From a virus (taxonomy: Duplodnaviria > Caudoviricetes): DNA of 33,153 bases. How positions within the stretch are numbered: position 1 is the first letter of the stretch; each line of letters opens with the position of its first letter. Below, piece by piece: positions 27,429 through 33,153 of this stretch. The notes under the pieces are model-generated. The model saw nothing but the letters and a program-made list of their open reading frames with translations, had not been told where the DNA came from and did no database searches. The stretch is taken from IMG/VR virus record IMGVR_UViG_3300011442_000019, positions 1 to 33,153 of that record; one strand, given 5' to 3'. The translations under genes and the position numbers were made by a program.

Positions 27429-27922
27429 CAAAACCATTTTTCTCTGCCCCCGGCCACGTCGCCCGCCTCCAGTCCCTCATCCCCCCCTGGCTCGGCACGC
27501 CCTTCCTGGAGAGCTGCGGCGGCCGCGCGAAACCCGGCGTCTCGGCGGACTGCTGCTGGATTGCCGTGCCCCTGCAACAATGCGGCGCGATCGGTGCCGT
27601 GCCGTGGCCGTCGCGCTACGTGAGCCGCGGCGGCGGCCCGGCGATGCTGGAAAAACTCCTGGAAATCCTCGACGGCACCGAACGCCTCATGTGCATCTGG
27701 TCGCGCCCAACCCACGGCCCTCTGACCTCTGACCTCCGACCTCTGGCCTTCCTCCCCGGCGACGTGCTCCTGTACACCACCGGCACCCGTCTCCACCACC
27801 TGGGCCTATTGATCAACGCCACCCAATTCGTGCATTCCTGGTCTGGCAAAATCCAGTTAGCCAGCGTCGCCGATCAGCGCGAGCGATTCCTGTTCGCCGT
27901 TTACCGCGCGTACGCGCCATGA
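27344..27922 (+). CDS. NlpC/P60-family tail-associated peptidase
   Basis: WLGTPF...ADC, PGDVLLY, HHLGL and FVHSW motifs. Confidence 0.85.
   Translation: MGAASPASSAPKILPLPGGEGRGEGGRLTKPFFSAPGHVARLQSLIPPWLGTPFLESCGGRAKPGVSADCCWIAVPLQQCGAIGAVPWPSRYVSRGGGPAMLEKLLEILDGTERLMCIWSRPTHGPLTSDLRPLAFLPGDVLLYTTGTRLHHLGLLINATQFVHSWSGKIQLASVADQRERFLFAVYRAYAP
27347..27427. repeat. REP-like palindromic insertion
   Basis: CCCTCTCCCC-GGGGGAGAGGG-CCGGGGTGAGGG; a related copy lies at about 21585-21622. Confidence 0.7.
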
Positions 27923-28299
27923 AAACGAAAACAGTAATCGAAGTGCAGGAATGGGATGCGCTCGTCGAGAAGACATACGGGCGCACTTACAAACTCCAGC
28001 AGCAGGATGGGTGTCGGAGTCGCGGAACGCTCGAAATCTCCGTGCCGGCACAGGCTGACGACTACGAGCGCGATGCCGTGCCGAAAGAAGTGAACAACGA
28101 GGCGATGGGAGTGAGCTTCAAATCGTGGCTGGCTCGTGACCCGAAGCAAAAACTCTCCGACCCGGAAGCACAGGAGGACTACTGCCTCGAACTCTGGTGG
28201 AAGCGTAACTTCTACCCCGACGTGCAAATGGTCGCAAACGACCTCCACGCCAAAGGACTTCTGTCGGCTGGAGAGCACACGATACTCATAGACTGGTAA
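27919..28299 (+). CDS. Hypothetical accessory protein (cassette-like)
   Basis: 126 aa with codon usage unlike the flanking tail genes; its TAA stop lies in the attC5 core GGTAAC. Confidence 0.8.
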   Translation: MKTKTVIEVQEWDALVEKTYGRTYKLQQQDGCRSRGTLEISVPAQADDYERDAVPKEVNNEAMGVSFKSWLARDPKQKLSDPEAQEDYCLELWWKRNFYPDVQMVANDLHAKGLLSAGEHTILIDW

Positions 28300-28421
28300 C
28301 GAAAAGCTCTGAGGCCGCCGTCAAAATGCCAACAACTCTACAACCGCCAGCGATGACCGCCGAAGCAGGTGACTCTCAAATCACCAGCGATAAGGCGGTT
28401 CTCAGCAGCGTCTTGTTACCC
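28294..28421 (-). mobile_element. attC site 5 (tail-module array)
   Basis: Minus strand: GGGTAAC-AAGAC-GCTGCTGA-GAACCGCC...GGCGGCC-TCAGAGC-TTTTC-GTTACCA. Confidence 0.85.
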
Positions 28422-29179
28422 AGCCCGTATTACAAAGACACTCTCATCGAAATCCATCATGGCGACTGCCGCGAAAAGCTGCGCGGAAAACTGGTGGACT
28501 GCATCTTCACGTCCCCGCCCTACAACGCCGCGAAAGAATACGCCGACCACGATGACGACATGACGGATGATGACTACTGGACGCTCATCAGTGACGTGGC
28601 GGAACTCTGCTACGAAATCGCCCGGCCCGGTGCGTATGCAATCTGGAACGTGCCGATGTGGATGGGCAACCGCCCAAAGAAATACGTCCCGGACCTGGTG
28701 CGCGTCCACGTCGGCGGTCAGGGCTGGGACTTCTGCGATGAAATCGTGTGGGTCAAAGGCTCGCTCGAAGGTGCGAACGCTGGCGGTAGCGCGTGGGGAA
28801 ACTACCCGACCAGTCCATCAATCCGAAACGCATCCGAGCCGCTGCTGATCTTCCGCAAGCCCGGCGGCAGTCCCCGGCCAATCTCTGACGTGACGTGGAA
28901 AGAATGGGCGCAACTCACCGTCGGCGTGTGGCCGATCCAATGCGAGATGAATCAGAAAGACCATCCCGCGAAATTCCCAATCGAACTGGCAAGGCGCGTC
29001 CTCAAGCTCTACTCCGCGCCGGGTGAAACCGTGTGCGACCCATTCTTGGGAAGTGGGACAACCGCACTCGCAGCAAACAACTGAACCGGAGAGCCGTGGG
29101 TGCGGACATCTCCAAAGAATACTGTGAACTGGCCGCTAATAACTGCGCGCAAGAAATGGCGTGGGGCTTGGCTGGGTAA
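28326..29179 (+). pseudogene. Beta-class N4-C/N6-A DNA methyltransferase cassette, frameshifted near 29077
   Basis: TSPPY, HPAKFP and DPFLGSGTT motifs. The ORF stops at 29084, but LNRRAVGADISKEYCELA... continues in the -1 frame to TAA at 29179. Confidence 0.85.
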
Positions 29180-29203
29180 CGATGATTATACGACTACAGT
29201 TCG
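29174..29203 (-). mobile_element. Second attI-like site
   Basis: Cassette boundary without a hairpin; 17 of 26 nt identical, without gaps, to 3048-3073. Confidence 0.6.
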
Positions 29204-29209
29204 CTGAAC

Positions 29210-29437
29210 ATGCCCGCCAACCCTGAACTCTCCGCCCGCCTCGGCGCGACCCCGCGCGGCGGCCCGGCCGTCAAACGTCCCGGCCTGAAAGTCCCCATCG
29301 AAGGGAAGTCGTTCAGCCAGGCCACGCAATCGGAGCCAATGCCCGTCGTCTGGGGCATCCAGAATCGCGCCGGCACCTATATCATCCCGGTCTTCGGCCT
29401 TCGCGCCGTCGCCGTCACGCAGAAAATTGGAAAGTGA
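29210..29437 (+). CDS. Small tail assembly protein
   Basis: EPMPVVWG motif typical of tail-tip assembly proteins. Confidence 0.7.
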   Translation: MPANPELSARLGATPRGGPAVKRPGLKVPIEGKSFSQATQSEPMPVVWGIQNRAGTYIIPVFGLRAVAVTQKIGK

Positions 29438-29532
29438 AAATCGGCCAGCAAAACACAAAGCTCCCTGCCTCAACTTTGAGACGGGGAGGCAACGCGCCTT
29501 CAGGCGGGAAGTACCCCAGCATCGGCAGGGAG

Positions 29533-29769
29533 CTAATCAAATTTGTCCGTGGCCCAATTGACTTCGTGAGCCATCAAAACCGCCAGAGGCACCTTCTGTG
29601 TTCCATCCCCAGGAGGAACGGAGTCGAAATAGTGTGGATTTTTGCACGGCAAACCATAACAGAGTTCTACGGTTTTAACTTCATCATAGCCATCACATTC
29701 ATTTGCGGTTGCGGCAATGGTCTGCGGTGGCAGTGTGTTCAAGAGTTGGATCAGGTCGTAAACGGTCAT
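29533..29769 (-). CDS. Reverse-strand moron-like hypothetical protein (78 aa)
   Basis: MTVYDLIQLLNTLP N-terminus, lower GC and an A-rich leader. Confidence 0.7.
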   Translation of the reverse strand: MTVYDLIQLLNTLPPQTIAATANECDGYDEVKTVELCYGLPCKNPHYFDSVPPGDGTQKVPLAVLMAHEVNWATDKFD

Positions 29770-29835
29770 AGTCGTTGCCTTTTTTGTTTGGTTTCCGGGT
29801 CTCAAACCGGGCCAACCATTTTGGTTGACAAAGAG

Positions 29836-29863
29836 ACTCTACCACAGCCCCAGAGCGCATCAA
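29836..29863 (-). promoter_or_regulatory. Candidate promoter for the moron
   Basis: Minus strand TTGATG-16 bp-TAGAGT with an extended -10 TGn. Confidence 0.4.
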
Positions 29864-29943
29864 CTCAATTTGGCGCACGGCTTTGTAACCCGCATCCGCA
29901 AATGAAAACTTTGAACTTTGGACTTTGGACTTTGGACTAAGCG

Positions 29944-32130
29944 ATGGGCAGCAGCAAAAAAACCACCGTCGGCTACAACTACTTCGGCAGTTTTGCCCAG
30001 GCGTTGGGCCTCGGCCCCGCCACGCGCCTCACCCGCATCACGAACGGCGAAACCGAAGTCTGGACCGGCGATCTGGACCCGAGCAGCGCGGATGGCGATG
30101 GGTTGACCCTGTTGACCACCACGCTCGGCACGCTCCGATTCTATTGGGGCACGGACACGCAAAATCCCGACACCCTCTTGCAGGCCGCGCAGATCGATTT
30201 CGGCGCGGGCCCCATATCCATTTACGTCCCCGCCTGGCGCGGCGTGATCTACTACGTCGCGGATGACATCGCCTTCGGCGGCCAGCCCGTCCCGCCCTCA
30301 CTCAAATTCGAGTTCGAGCGCCAGATGGACCTGTTGGACCTGACCTTCCATGCCGTCGAATCGGATGCCGTGATCCCCGAGGTCATCTATGAATTGCTCA
30401 GCTCCACTTTGTACGGCGCGGGCGTGCCCACCGCCGACCTGGCCACCACCGCCTTCGAGGCCGCCGCTGAAATCCTGATCGCCGAAGGCATCGCCGCCAG
30501 CCCCTTCCTCGACGAAAATTCCGACGTGCGCGAATTCATCGGCAAGTTGCTCGCCTACATTGACGGCTATCTGCGCTTCGCGGACGGCCAGATCAGCCTC
30601 GGCCTCATGCGCAAAGCCAGCACCGCCGGCCTCCAACTCATTGACGAAAGCCTGCTCGCCGACGAACCCCGGCCCATCAATGAAGGCTGGAAAAACACCT
30701 GGAACTTCACCCGCCTGATCTTCACCGATCGCGAAAACGAATGGGAAGCCGATGCCGTCGAGACGTATGAAGACATCGCCAACGCCGCGCTGCTCGGCGA
30801 ACGCACCGACGAGGAAATCAAACTGCCCTTCATCACGCGCCGCGCCGTCGCCAAACTATTGGCCAAACGCAAAGCCTTGAAGGGCGGCCTGCCGGCGATG
30901 ACCTGGGAACTCGAAACCCTGCCCTCCCTGCGGACCTTGCGCCCCGGCGATCGCGCCAAACTCACCTTCGCCAAGCGCGGCATTGATGAGCGCGTGGTCC
31001 GCATCCTGGAAGTCAACCGCTCCGCCCGCGATAACCGGCTGGTCAAGCTCACCGTCGAGGAAGAAATCACCCGCGACGAATCGCATGACTACGTACCACC
31101 AGCGGACGATTTTGGATCTTCGCCCGATGAATTTCAGTTGGCCGATACCACCCCACGCCTCTCCTGGCTCACCAGCGAGTTGAAAGAGGGGGCCGCCGAT
31201 GGCTTCCTCGTCGCCTGCCACCGGCCGCATCCGTTGCTCGAAGGTTTTCAAACATGGTTCACTTGGGACCCGCTGCTAAAAGCCTACGGCCAGATCGCCC
31301 TGGCCAGCGCCTTCCCCGCGGCCGGCGAAGTGGCTTGGTGGTGCCGCGCGCGCAACAATACCGGCTGGCTGCTGCGCATTGAATTTCAGACGGCAGCGGA
31401 TGCGCAGCGCGTCAGCACGCTCCTGGCAGAATCGGCGGACGTGTACGCCGCCGTCGGCCGCCGACTTTACAAAAGCGTCGGCAGTTCGGTGAACCAACAC
31501 CAGGTGGACGTGCTCTGGCTGCGCGCCGTGGGCGATGGCTACCTCGCCGCCATCAGCGCCACCGAACTGGTAATCGAGTTCGCCGGCGCGGCCTTCGGTT
31601 CCGTCTCGCCCGCGATGGAAACCCTCGCGGCCAACGGCGTTTACCCCACGCTGCAGGTGTACGCCGGACTGAAGACGGATTTCACTTTCATCCGCGGCGA
31701 AATGCAATTCGAGCGCAACGCCGGCAACGCGCCCGCCTTCCGCTGGGGATTCACCACCACCTCGCAAGACACCGACCTGAAGCGTTACGTCGCCGCGCCG
31801 ACGTACAATCTGCTGGAGGCCCAGGATGTCGCCGACGCCGGCGTCACGATCTACGATCGCAACGACACCACCATGTGCCCCGAGGGCACGTATGACAACG
31901 ATTGGGGAGCGCGCGTGGCCACGCTGGCGGAGTTGTTTGATTACGCCGGCATCGCCACCGTCTTCGGCGGCGTGCATCCCGGTCAGGCGGCAGTGGCCGA
32001 ACTGGATGCCGCCCTGTTCGCCCTCACATTCGGCATCGGCACCGCCGACGAAGCCCTCCTGGCCGAAGACACGAATGACATATTCGGCTACATGACCCTC
32101 ACCGGCGCTACTTGGTACAACAAAGCCTAA
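29944..32130 (+). CDS. Tail tip attachment / central tail protein (J-like)
   Basis: MGSSKKTTVGYNY...GPATRLTRI, PAWRGV and LRPGD motifs. Confidence 0.85.
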   Translation: MGSSKKTTVGYNYFGSFAQALGLGPATRLTRITNGETEVWTGDLDPSSADGDGLTLLTTTLGTLRFYWGTDTQNPDTLLQAAQIDFGAGPISIYVPAWRGVIYYVADDIAFGGQPVPPSLKFEFERQMDLLDLTFHAVESDAVIPEVIYELLSSTLYGAGVPTADLATTAFEAAAEILIAEGIAASPFLDENSDVREFIGKLLAYIDGYLRFADGQISLGLMRKASTAGLQLIDESLLADEPRPINEGWKNTWNFTRLIFTDRENEWEADAVETYEDIANAALLGERTDEEIKLPFITRRAVAKLLAKRKALKGGLPAMTWELETLPSLRTLRPGDRAKLTFAKRGIDERVVRILEVNRSARDNRLVKLTVEEEITRDESHDYVPPADDFGSSPDEFQLADTTPRLSWLTSELKEGAADGFLVACHRPHPLLEGFQTWFTWDPLLKAYGQIALASAFPAAGEVAWWCRARNNTGWLLRIEFQTAADAQRVSTLLAESADVYAAVGRRLYKSVGSSVNQHQVDVLWLRAVGDGYLAAISATELVIEFAGAAFGSVSPAMETLAANGVYPTLQVYAGLKTDFTFIRGEMQFERNAGNAPAFRWGFTTTSQDTDLKRYVAAPTYNLLEAQDVADAGVTIYDRNDTTMCPEGTYDNDWGARVATLAELFDYAGIATVFGGVHPGQAAVAELDAALFALTFGIGTADEALLAEDTNDIFGYMTLTGATWYNKA

Positions 32131-32167
32131 CCATGCGTACCATGCGGCGCAACAGTCCCATTCTATT

Positions 32168-33010
32168 ATGAGCAAACTCACCACCATCGTCCGCGAAATT
32201 TACGACCGCACCGTGCTCTCCAAAAGGGTGGCCGCCCTGACCGGCGGCCTGAACGCGGTGGAGTCCGTCGTCATCACGAATGGCGGCACTGGCTACACCT
32301 CCGCGCCCAGCGTCGGCTTCACGAGCGGCGGCGGCAGCGGCGCCGCCGCCACGGCCACCCTCCTCGATGGCGTGGTCGTCTCCATCACGATCACCAATCA
32401 CGGCTCGGGCTACACCTCCACGCCCACGGTAGGATTCACCAGCGGCGGCGGCAGTGGCGCAGCGGCCACCGCGCTCCTCGCCGCCACGACCCTCGACGCC
32501 ATCCCGACCCTCAGTGTCGAGGCCGGCAACCTGCAATTGAGCGTGGTGATCGGCGCGGTCCTGTACCATTACGATCTGATATCCGGCACCACCGCCGAGA
32601 GTTCCCCATCCGTCATCCGGCCCGACGATTACGCCAGCAGCACGAACGAAAAAATTTGGGTATTACTCGGCACCTACCTCAACACGGGGACGATCCTGGA
32701 CGGCGCCAACCTCGCGCTCGGCACCGTCACCGGCACCAAACTCGGCACCGCCACCAGCCAAAAGCTCGGCTTATGGAATGTGACGCCCGTGATCCAGCCT
32801 GCCGACGCCGCTCAAGCCGCGGTAGTTTTGGGCAACGCCGACAACGAGATCGGCGGCCTGAGTTTCAGCGGCGGCTACACGCAGGCCGAAGTCGAAGCTC
32901 TGCGGGACAAGGCTGAAGAACTGGCGGATGACGTTCGGGCCCTCAGCGCCCTGCTGCACGCCCTACGTATAGCCGGTGTCAACGTAGGACTGTGGAAAGG
33001 CGCCGCCTAA
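32168..33010 (+). CDS. Putative tail fibre / receptor-binding protein
   Basis: Two ITNxGxGYTSxPxVGFTSGGGSGAAATA repeats; last gene of the tail module. Confidence 0.7.
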   Translation: MSKLTTIVREIYDRTVLSKRVAALTGGLNAVESVVITNGGTGYTSAPSVGFTSGGGSGAAATATLLDGVVVSITITNHGSGYTSTPTVGFTSGGGSGAAATALLAATTLDAIPTLSVEAGNLQLSVVIGAVLYHYDLISGTTAESSPSVIRPDDYASSTNEKIWVLLGTYLNTGTILDGANLALGTVTGTKLGTATSQKLGLWNVTPVIQPADAAQAAVVLGNADNEIGGLSFSGGYTQAEVEALRDKAEELADDVRALSALLHALRIAGVNVGLWKGAA

Positions 33011-33153
33011 CCTGGCGCGGAATTAGTGGATTGGCGAGGCCGGCTCACTGCCGCCTTGCGCACCCTTTTCATGGTTGCGCTCGACCCTTTTCAGGCGTTG
33101 AAACTCACGACCGTTTTCTCCACTCCGTTCCTCAATCTCACTTCGCCGATGCA

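Noticed and set aside
27850-27918. attC for the ORF at 27919
   Set aside because: Only weak GTTAGCCAG/TTACC matches and no hairpin; the ORF is coupled directly to NlpC/P60.
32168-33010. Diversity-generating retroelement or invertible tail-fibre segment
   Set aside because: No reverse transcriptase, no adenine-specific TR/VR pair and no invertase; the repeats are in-frame protein repeats.

Overview
This window is the middle and right-hand part of a Mu-like (transposable-type) phage or prophage with a non-contractile tail. Its GC-rich codon usage and repeat types suggest a Verrucomicrobia/PVC host (inference). From about 5.9 kb to 33 kb the + strand carries the late genes: gp25/gp26-like proteins, small and large terminase, portal, protease/scaffold, decoration, major capsid, gp36/gpF/gpG-like proteins, tail tube, chaperones, tape measure and tail-tip proteins. 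The most unusual feature is a phage-embedded integron. An intact IntI-type integrase (3077-4033) sits next to an attI-like site (3044-3073) and an array of four complete attC sites plus one half site (159-2460), all canonical on the minus strand. Every cassette ORF is inverted relative to its attC, so it is co-linear with phage transcription, and the first ORF of each cassette starts inside its own attC. The cassette ends are mutually complementary, which is the footprint of circular intermediates. A second attI-like site with an attC cassette lies 26 kb away in the tail module (28294-29203). Both arrays carry a DNA methyltransferase in the attI-proximal position. Other observations are a recurrent (A)LAN motif in head proteins, a three-copy palindromic element, heptamer tandem repeats at many gene junctions, and an 81-bp insertion that is in frame for two overlapping tail genes. 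All family assignments come from motif recognition and synteny, not database searches.
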